This document shows positions 26,073 to 32,246 of a stretch of DNA of 32,246 nt, piece by piece. Source of the DNA: a virus (taxonomy: Duplodnaviria > Caudoviricetes). The notes below the pieces were generated by a model that did no database searches, was not told where the DNA came from, and saw only the letters and a list, made by a program, of their open reading frames with translations. Position 1 is the stretch's first letter, and the number at the start of each line of letters is the position of its first letter. Position numbers and translations under genes: made by a program. The stretch covers positions 1-32,246 of IMG/VR virus record IMGVR_UViG_3300032135_000350; one strand, given 5' to 3'.

Positions 26073-26509
26073 TTAACGCTAAATTTTCATGTATTTATTG
26101 TGATGATGTTAGACGAGAAGATGGCGGAAAGTCATCTTATATGGGTGTATACGAAGACTCTATAATATTCAGCGAGCCTTCTGGTCATCGTCCGTTATTT
26201 GCATTTATTCTTAAGCTGGTTCTACCTATTAAAGAAGATATTTCAGATGTAAATTTTGAGCTAACAGATGACAGTAATCTAAACATTGGTGCAACATTAT
26301 CAAAAAAAGAGATTCAAGAGCTTAAAATAAAAATATTAGCATCTATGCCCGATTCGGACGTCGTAACTATGAAATGTGTCATTCAATTGGGTGCTATAGT
26401 GTTTGAATCTCAACAAAAAATCAGATCTTTCGTGAAATTTAACGATCAAACTATTGAAGGTGAAAGTTTGAGAGTTATTTTCATGAATCCAGATCAAGAG
26501 ATTAAATAA
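26069..26509 (+). CDS. DUF6941-like protein
   Basis: CDDVRREDGGK.SYMGVY N-terminal signature (recalled); ATGA-coupled to the antitoxin. Confidence 0.6.
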   Translation: MINAKFSCIYCDDVRREDGGKSSYMGVYEDSIIFSEPSGHRPLFAFILKLVLPIKEDISDVNFELTDDSNLNIGATLSKKEIQELKIKILASMPDSDVVTMKCVIQLGAIVFESQQKIRSFVKFNDQTIEGESLRVIFMNPDQEIK

Positions 26510-26526
26510 ACGATTAAGAACAAACT

Positions 26527-26561
26527 AACCCGCCTAGAGTAATCGAAGCGGGTTTTTTATT
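26527..26561 (+). terminator. Intrinsic terminator closing the TA operon
   Basis: AACCCGC...GCGGGTTTTTTATT. Confidence 0.75.
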
Positions 26562-26615
26562 GCCTACTATTTACCTGCCCTATCGCTGGTTCTTATAACA
26601 TCATCTAGCTTGTTC

Positions 26616-27080
26616 TTATTGACACTGCGCTTCCATTTCACGCTCAGCACTTTTGATGCGTGCTGCATAATGTTCTTTTTGCCATTGCTTATAACCATTA
26701 GACTCGACTGTTTTCCATTCGTCGACCTCATCTTGTAAGTAACCCTTGTACCGATCACATACCTTTTTATCATAGTCAGCCATAAGCTTATCATGACGTT
26801 TGTTGCTTCTTTTTTCTGCCCTAATCAATATCTTCTCGTAATCTTCAGCATTTGATTTATCCGGTGGACTTGAGTAGCTTTGTGGCGTGTAATTTGAGTT
26901 GCCAGTACTCTTTATTACAATTGATTCAGACTTGCCTTGTGATGACGAGCACGGCTTACCTTGAAATGCCACACGCCCATTTGCATCGGTGCACTTATAC
27001 AGCTGCTCGGCAATTGCATTACTAGCTATTAACTGTCCAAATATATATAAAGCAAAAACAGAAATTGCTACTAGTCGCAT
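26616..27080 (-). CDS. DUF4124-domain exported protein
   Basis: Signal peptide followed by LYKCTDANGRVAFQGKPC, then a coiled-coil with a Cys pair. Confidence 0.8.
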   Translation of the reverse strand: MRLVAISVFALYIFGQLIASNAIAEQLYKCTDANGRVAFQGKPCSSSQGKSESIVIKSTGNSNYTPQSYSSPPDKSNAEDYEKILIRAEKRSNKRHDKLMADYDKKVCDRYKGYLQDEVDEWKTVESNGYKQWQKEHYAARIKSAEREMEAQCQ

Positions 27081-27205
27081 AATGTAGCTGCCCTATTTTT
27101 ATTCGTTTGTAAAACAGCAGATCTAGAGGTACTTGTTACTATTATTTTTTTCAACATATACATTCCTTGTTGCTGCAAATCATTATTAGCATTAAAGTCA
27201 GTCCC

Positions 27206-27230
27206 AACCCGCTCCGGCGGGTTTTTTATT
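27206..27230 (+). terminator. Intrinsic terminator
   Basis: CCCGC-TCCG-GCGGG-TTTTTTATT. Confidence 0.75.
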
Positions 27231-27266
27231 GACTAAATAAACAATAAAACGGTGTTTATAATCTAC

Positions 27267-27584
27267 TTAACCGTGATTCCACCATATCCTACATCTAGTA
27301 ACAACATAGAAAAAACCACCCGTATAAAACATTAACTGACCTACTACAACTATTGATCTGTTTTCAAAATTATTAACATTGATCATCCATAAAGCCAGCC
27401 CCAGCCAAAACATAATTGCCGTAATAATCAAGTGCAACTTAAACTTTTTAGCTGTTTCTTGGGTGGTGAACAACCTCGCGCCTGATGAATTATTCTCAGA
27501 TGTTATGGGCGCACCACACTTAACGCAATTCACCGCCTTATCTGAAATACTTATCCCACACTCACTGCATTCTATTAACGCCAT
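27267..27584 (-). CDS. Zinc-ribbon two-TM membrane protein
   Basis: MALIECSECG..ISDKA..C.KCGAPI followed by two hydrophobic helices. Confidence 0.8.
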   Translation of the reverse strand: MALIECSECGISISDKAVNCVKCGAPITSENNSSGARLFTTQETAKKFKLHLIITAIMFWLGLALWMINVNNFENRSIVVVGQLMFYTGGFFYVVTRCRIWWNHG

Positions 27585-27609
27585 AACACCATCCCTGATT
27601 TAAAACGTC

Positions 27610-27618
27610 ATTCTAGCA
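27610..27618 (-). promoter_or_regulatory. Extended -10 promoter for the cargo gene
   Basis: TGcTAGAAT 25 nt upstream of the ATG at 27584. Confidence 0.5.
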
Positions 27619-27661
27619 TTCGACAAGATTTCAACAAAACTTTTAGTCGAACAAAATAAAA

Positions 27662-27702
27662 GTAAACTATACTTGACTGCAAATAGTAAACTATGATTTA
27701 CT
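27662..27702 (+). promoter_or_regulatory. oL/pL: two operators overlapping the promoter
   Basis: GTAAACtataCTTGAC (27662), GTAAACtatgATTTAC (27686); TTGACT-18-TTTACT mirrors pR. Confidence 0.75.
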
Positions 27703-27833
27703 AGCCACATCAGCCAAACAACTGATTGTAACAAACCGCCCGAAGCAGCATTTCAAATACGAGCTTAGGGCGGGTTCAATCAAGCGAACGTAACTGAGTA
27801 AGGCAACTTAATAGACTAGGGGGTAATTCAATC

Positions 27834-27971
27834 ATGATCATAACCATCAGCAAATACACCACCGCTCGACAAATATTGGCCATGGCTAAATTGGGTGGCT
27901 TTAAGATTTATTCACGCATCAATCGCGGCACCGAACTTGTCATGTTGAACAATCATGCAAGCCAAGCATAA
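27834..27971 (+). CDS. 45-aa first gene of the pL operon (not in ORF track)
   Basis: AGGGGG SD; MIITISKYTTARQILAMAKLGGFKIYSRINRGTELVMLNNHASQA. Confidence 0.5.
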   Translation: MIITISKYTTARQILAMAKLGGFKIYSRINRGTELVMLNNHASQA

Positions 27972-28046
27972 GCGGTTTACTAAGCAAGGGCTGATAGATG
28001 CCCTGCTGCTCATCTTACTTTTTATTTTAATACAGGGAGTTACACA

Positions 28047-28307
28047 ATGAACTTTAAAAAAGCACATGAAAATCTTAAGAAGCTAGCTAACGGTAACGAG
28101 TACTCAATAGAGTATGAATTAAAAAAGTATAAAAACAGGGATTTGATGCAAGGAATAAATATGCATATCCGACTTGATAATGATGACTTCTTACAAGCAC
28201 ATCAAAGTAGCTTTGAAGCTGCATTGGCTAGCATAGCTCATCAACTGAAAGGCAGAGTAATCACTGAAAACCTTGAAAACATTACTGATGATGAGGTGGT
28301 GGCATGA
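28047..28307 (+). CDS. Hypothetical protein
   Basis: AGGGAG SD; coupled to the next gene. Confidence 0.7.
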   Translation: MNFKKAHENLKKLANGNEYSIEYELKKYKNRDLMQGINMHIRLDNDDFLQAHQSSFEAALASIAHQLKGRVITENLENITDDEVVA

Positions 28308-28594
28308 CACGTGGTGAAGGCTACGACGAACTCTGGAACTGGTTTGGAATGAGTCGAGCAAGCTGGCTAACCATGCCTCGAACATTTATGCATGAAATGC
28401 CCGATGAATGGCAAGCAAAAATGGCAGTGCTTCTTAATGAGTGGGATAAAACATGGGATACCAGCAACCTGCCATCACCGCATGTGCAATTAAAGGCTAA
28501 TGGAAAGTTTGTAAAAACACCAGAATTTTTAATTGCCTACCGCCACCCAAATATTGGAAAAATAAATTTTTACAAAGTAAATGGAGCTAAATGA
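28304..28594 (+). CDS. Trp-rich phage hypothetical protein
   Basis: GAGGT SD, ATGA overlaps; WFG.SRAS.LT.PR..M..MPDEWQ. Confidence 0.75.
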   Translation: MTRGEGYDELWNWFGMSRASWLTMPRTFMHEMPDEWQAKMAVLLNEWDKTWDTSNLPSPHVQLKANGKFVKTPEFLIAYRHPNIGKINFYKVNGAK

Positions 28595-28905
28595 TGATTG
28601 ATAACGACAAATCATTACCAACATCACTAAATGATAAACCTTTGCTTATTACTGACGAACAGAAATGCTTGCTACAGCACATGCTGGGTGCAGATAGTCG
28701 TTATAAGAAAAAGCAATGGGGCTTTAGAAACTTATTCGTTACCAGTCCCGGTTGTAATAATTTTCAAACACTTAAGTTAATAGAATGTTTGGGACTTGTA
28801 GTGTCACATATAAGATTCGATAAACCAGTTTTTCTTGCTACCAAAAAAGGCGCAATAGCAATTGGTTTCAAGCCGTATCAGTTAAAAAATGCGGGGCTTA
28901 ACTAA
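28591..28905 (+). CDS. Hypothetical protein
   Basis: Coupled ORF with LQHMLG...FRN.F motif. Confidence 0.7.
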   Translation: MMIDNDKSLPTSLNDKPLLITDEQKCLLQHMLGADSRYKKKQWGFRNLFVTSPGCNNFQTLKLIECLGLVVSHIRFDKPVFLATKKGAIAIGFKPYQLKNAGLN

Positions 28906-29144
28906 TGTCAGTCAACAAAGTAATGCTATCAAAACTAACAGCAAAGCAAGCAAAGACGTGGCTGATAATAAACGATTCAGAGCAATCAGAATTTTGGAAA
29001 AGCGTAATAAAGAAATCAGAACTAATCGCCGCCGTCGTAGATAACTTACTTAGTTTTGGGCTGTCACCTCAATCCGGTGATGTGATTATCACATCAAATT
29101 GTGATGCATTTTCAGCGTGTTATAGATTCAAAGGTCAACCGTAA
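28905..29144 (+). CDS. Hypothetical protein
   Basis: TAATG-coupled at both ends. Confidence 0.6.
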   Translation: MSVNKVMLSKLTAKQAKTWLIINDSEQSEFWKSVIKKSELIAAVVDNLLSFGLSPQSGDVIITSNCDAFSACYRFKGQP

Positions 29145-29620
29145 TGAGTGTCAATAAATGCATCCTAGTTGGCCGCCTTGGCGCGGAACCAGAAAGCCGC
29201 GCTTTCCCCAACGGCGGCTCAATCTGCAACCTACGTCTTGCCACCACTGAAAACTGGAAAGACAAGCAAACGGGCGAACGTAGAGAACGTACTGAATGGC
29301 ACCGCATCACCTTGTCAAACCACCTCGGCAACATTGCCCAAAAATACTTGCACAAAGGCGCGCAAGTATACATCGAAGGCCGTATTCAAACACGCAAATG
29401 GCAAGACCAAAGCGGCAACGATAGATATTCAACCGAAATAGTCGGTGACTCAATGACCATGCTTGATACCAAACCAGCAGAATCAAGCGCCGCATCACAA
29501 CAAGCGCAAGTCAATAAACAATATGGTGAACCGCAACCAGCAGCACAACAAGCAAGCTCAAATTACGCTGACGGTAAAAATGGTGACAACTATCCAATTG
29601 ATGATGACATCCCTTTTTAG
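29144..29620 (+). CDS. ssb: Single-stranded DNA-binding protein
   Basis: [30 protein letters not shown]-terminal DDDIPF. Confidence 0.97.
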   Translation: MSVNKCILVGRLGAEPESRAFPNGGSICNLRLATTENWKDKQTGERRERTEWHRITLSNHLGNIAQKYLHKGAQVYIEGRIQTRKWQDQSGNDRYSTEIVGDSMTMLDTKPAESSAASQQAQVNKQYGEPQPAAQQASSNYADGKNGDNYPIDDDIPF

Positions 29621-29636
29621 AGGGTTACTTGAGGCA

Positions 29637-29876
29637 ATGATGACAACACAAGTACAAAAATTGGCAGACAGAGTGAAAGCACTAGAAAGCATCACCGAGC
29701 AACAAGGCAAGTTAATCGCCCTTTTTATGAGTGATGACTTTATCGAAAACATTAAAAACAGCATTGAATCAGCCTTTAGTAGCTTTGACATCGTAGAAGC
29801 GCCCACGTCAGAAATATCGACGCAAACAATGACCGAAGCACTAAAGAAGCACATTGAACAGCACCAGGAGAAATAA
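29637..29876 (+). CDS. Hypothetical coiled-coil protein
   Basis: GAGG SD before MMTTQVQK. Confidence 0.6.
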   Translation: MMTTQVQKLADRVKALESITEQQGKLIALFMSDDFIENIKNSIESAFSSFDIVEAPTSEISTQTMTEALKKHIEQHQEK

Positions 29877-29878
29877 CC

Positions 29879-30250
29879 GTGATTCAAACAATTTGCACCA
29901 TCGATACACCGATAACCAAACCAACGCCAAGTACCGATAGCCGTGGCACAAGATACCCATTTGAAGGTCAAGCACTGCTATTACACGAAGTAGCTGACCG
30001 CAAAGAAATTAGCATATCAACACTCTTTGGCTGGAAGAAGAAACACGGCTGGAAAAAAGCATTTGCTATGAAACCATCGGCAACAGGCTCATCAGCGGAT
30101 AGACCACGTAAAAATGAAAAAAACCCAGACCTAGAAACGGCAAGTTTGAGTTATGTCATTAAAAATATCATTGTCAGCTTAAGCATGATGGGGTTACTAG
30201 GCCCACGTGTAGAAGTGATTGAAGAAATCCAAAAACGCATGAGGTTTTAA
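29879..30250 (+). CDS. Hypothetical protein, possible small HTH
   Basis: AGGAG SD; YPFEG...LLHEVA...EISISTL..W. Confidence 0.65.
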   Translation: MIQTICTIDTPITKPTPSTDSRGTRYPFEGQALLLHEVADRKEISISTLFGWKKKHGWKKAFAMKPSATGSSADRPRKNEKNPDLETASLSYVIKNIIVSLSMMGLLGPRVEVIEEIQKRMRF

Positions 30251-30251
30251 C

Positions 30252-30947
30252 GTGAAATATACATACCATCAACTTAAAGAAAAGACCAATGCTGAGCTAA
30301 ATGAAATATGCGCCCTATCGCAGGGCTGGACATTAACAAAATTAAACATAAACGACACTGATGGTCGAATTATATCCCCTGATGGCTATGTCTGGATGAC
30401 TGATGACAATATTGATTCTATTGTTAAAACGGACTACTCCCCGACAACAGATGTATTACAAGCTATAGCTTTAAGTCATAAGCATGAATTGCATTCATTT
30501 ATTCACGAAAATGACGAATGTGGCGTAACCACTTTGGTTGATAACCCTCCCTACCCAGCCTTTGCACTTGAGCACATTAAAACTAAAAGTTCACTAGTGG
30601 CAATGGTAATTGGTTCAATTTTAGTAGCACAGGAAATAAAATCCATGACCGACTCACAAATAATTCACACGGCATTTGAAGGCGAAGTACATTCAAGAAA
30701 AATGATAAACACAACGCCGCAAGGATTTAGCGTTGAAACCATGGCAGGAAAGCTTCACGTGAATAAATTAAAAATCCACGGAAGCCATAGAATCGGCCAG
30801 CAATACCATACCGAACGATCATTCAATGGCAGTAAACACGCAGCTATAAACTACGCAACAATACAAATTGATGACAAACAAAGACATCACAGAGTTGAAA
30901 TTGAAAAGCTAGAAGAAAAACGCAGAAAATTAGTGCAGGGAGATTGA
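30252..30947 (+). CDS. NinX/DUF2591-like N-terminal domain plus an unrelated C-terminal domain
   Basis: ELN..CA..QGW...DYSPTTD..QA; internal AGGA SD and in-frame ATG at 30645. Confidence 0.55.
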   Translation: MKYTYHQLKEKTNAELNEICALSQGWTLTKLNINDTDGRIISPDGYVWMTDDNIDSIVKTDYSPTTDVLQAIALSHKHELHSFIHENDECGVTTLVDNPPYPAFALEHIKTKSSLVAMVIGSILVAQEIKSMTDSQIIHTAFEGEVHSRKMINTTPQGFSVETMAGKLHVNKLKIHGSHRIGQQYHTERSFNGSKHAAINYATIQIDDKQRHHRVEIEKLEEKRRKLVQGD

Positions 30948-30948
30948 G

Positions 30949-31119
30949 GTGAACACTATCGGTCAGTGCACTACTTGCCAAAACCTATTTTGCGAAACAC
31001 CTAAGGTTCGAAAAACGCACCCCCACCAAGGTTGTGGAAATTGGACAACCGAACGATCAAGGAAATTAGCACGCAGTATAAAAACAATGGTCGTTACCAA
31101 GGTGAATGACCAACAATAA
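30949..31119 (+). CDS. 56-aa Cys-rich protein (not in ORF track)
   Basis: GTG start after GGGAG; CTTC....C....C..W. Confidence 0.45.
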   Translation: MNTIGQCTTCQNLFCETPKVRKTHPHQGCGNWTTERSRKLARSIKTMVVTKVNDQQ

Positions 31120-31127
31120 AAATTAAT

Positions 31128-31245
31128 GAAGGTTACCCTAGCTAGGGGTGGGGCCAATAACCTCTAGCAGTAATGGCTGGTTTTGTATCATTTAAAACTC
31201 CTATCCGGTGACATTACCGACTTGCCCACGAGACGGGCTTTTATT
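31128..31245 (+). ncRNA. Putative structured RNA ending in a terminator hairpin
   Basis: Nested stems AGGTTA/TAACCT, GTAATG/CATTAC, GCTGG/CCGGT, GTTTT/AAAAC; GCCC...GGGC-TTTTATT. Confidence 0.45.
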
Positions 31246-31266
31246 AACTAAACAAGGAAGAATCAA

Positions 31267-31446
31267 ATGCTAAATCTAACGAGAAATATTGGTCAGTCGA
31301 TCAACATTGGTGATGACGTAGAGTTAATTGTATTAGATGTAAAAGCTAATGCAGTCAAAATCGGTGTCATAGCACCCAACGAAATCAGCGTGCATCGTAA
31401 AGAAGTATATGACCGTATTCAATTAGATAAAGATGTAGCGAAATGA
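31267..31446 (+). CDS. csrA: Carbon storage regulator CsrA/RsmA homologue (59 aa, not in ORF track)
   Basis: [59 protein letters not shown]; AAGGA SD. Confidence 0.93.
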   Translation: MLNLTRNIGQSINIGDDVELIVLDVKANAVKIGVIAPNEISVHRKEVYDRIQLDKDVAK

Positions 31447-31793
31447 ATGAACTAGAAAAGCTAGTGGCCGATATTAGTGAAGCTGATCTGTCCGGCCAAT
31501 ATTTGGATTCTCTATTAATGCGTAGCATACAAAATAATCCTAATCTCGCTATTCCATGGCTTTTAATGGCGTCTTACCTTTACTACTTAAGATATGAAAG
31601 CATTCTATCAGATACGGCATTTGACTTGCTTTGCAGGCAAACATTAGACGTTTTTAACCAGCTTAATCATGAATATAAACACCTAATAACCGAGCCAGAC
31701 TTGGCAGCTGGTAGTTTATTTACCCTGAATGACAGTGACTATCCTGCTGATATCAAATCGTGTGCAGATAGCTTGCTTGAGAAGACAGCTTAA
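31443..31793 (+). CDS. Stand-alone NAD-dependent DNA ligase domain Ia-like protein
   Basis: SYLYY....SILSD.AFD.L resembles LigA YY..D.P.ISDAEYD.L. Confidence 0.7.
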   Translation: MNELEKLVADISEADLSGQYLDSLLMRSIQNNPNLAIPWLLMASYLYYLRYESILSDTAFDLLCRQTLDVFNQLNHEYKHLITEPDLAAGSLFTLNDSDYPADIKSCADSLLEKTA

Positions 31794-31862
31794 TGAAGCA
31801 AACAACACCACATGTTCACCCACTTGATGCCGTTATATGGCTAGTGGATAGAGGATTACATA

Positions 31863-32042
31863 ATGTATGAAAATAATACAAATCCATCTAATTTGCCCTA
31901 TTTTTTAATTGAACAAGTTGGATTATATTCTGATAAAAAGTTATCTGAGAGTAATGAGGAAATAACCGAGCAATGCGGTTGTGATGATTATGAAGATACT
32001 GAGGAAGGTGAGTTTCAACGAAAATGGTCGAAGGAGGATTAA
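31863..32042 (+). CDS. 59-aa acidic protein (not in ORF track)
   Basis: GAGGA SD; MYENNTNPSNLPYFLIEQVGLYSDKKLSESNEEITEQCGCDDYEDTEEGEFQRKWSKED; stop abuts the next ATG. Confidence 0.5.
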   Translation: MYENNTNPSNLPYFLIEQVGLYSDKKLSESNEEITEQCGCDDYEDTEEGEFQRKWSKED

Positions 32043-32246
32043 ATGTCAAATAGTAATATATTAAACATTGAAGATCTAAAGAAAGCGACTGGTTATGAGC
32101 GTCATGGTGATGTTGAAAAGTGCCTACGTGATAACGATATCCGCTTTTTTAGAAGCAAAAAAGGTGCATGGACAACGCTTGCCATGGTCAATGCTGCAGG
32201 TGGTATTATGGTAGGACAACAGCCGGATAACCAGAGCATCTTATAA
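32043..32246 (+). CDS. DUF4224-like putative excisionase
   Basis: L...DL..ATGY.R.....CL....I.FF....G pattern; last gene of the pL operon; AAGGAGG SD. Confidence 0.65.
   Translation: MSNSNILNIEDLKKATGYERHGDVEKCLRDNDIRFFRSKKGAWTTLAMVNAAGGIMVGQQPDNQSIL

Larger units (their letters stand above)
358..32246. mobile_element. Lambdoid HK97-type temperate siphovirus / prophage (integrase and att sites not in window)
   Basis: Complete syntenic set of lysis, tail, head, packaging, Q, replication, cro/cI, early-left and excisionase-like genes. Confidence 0.95.

Noticed and set aside
26069-26509. Calling the third gene SecB and the operon a standard TAC
   Set aside because: No SecB-like sequence pattern recognised; kept only as a functional analogy pending structure prediction
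31128-31245. tRNA or CsrB-like sponge RNA
   Set aside because: No T-loop/CCA cloverleaf signature and no repeated GGA loops on the plus strand

Overview
Nearly complete, apparently intact lambdoid temperate siphovirus (HK97-type head, long non-contractile tail, probably 3'-cos packaging), most likely a prophage of an AT-rich gammaproteobacterium. The integrase and att sites lie outside the window. The minus strand carries the cro-driven early operon (cro, LuxR-type regulator in the cII slot, replication initiator with iterons and two perfect DnaA boxes, P-like loader, DUF5664-like nucleotide hydrolase, Q-like antiterminator). It then carries the late operon (holin, HNH, cos, terS/terL, portal, ClpP-type protease, capsid, an inserted lectin/repeat-fibre block, neck, tail, tape measure, a discoidin+cadherin tail-tip protein, spanins, M15 endolysin). 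The plus strand carries cI, a cargo block between cI and oL, and the pL operon (SSB, a structured RNA, a CsrA homologue missed by the ORF track, a solo NAD-ligase domain-Ia-like protein, a DUF4224-like excisionase). The best candidate for an undescribed system is a tightly coupled three-gene RelE-like toxin / XRE antitoxin / DUF6941-like operon in the rex position (25274-26509). Next best are the RNA-csrA-Nlig-Ia cluster and the two adhesin modules. All family assignments come from motif recognition by eye; no searches were run.
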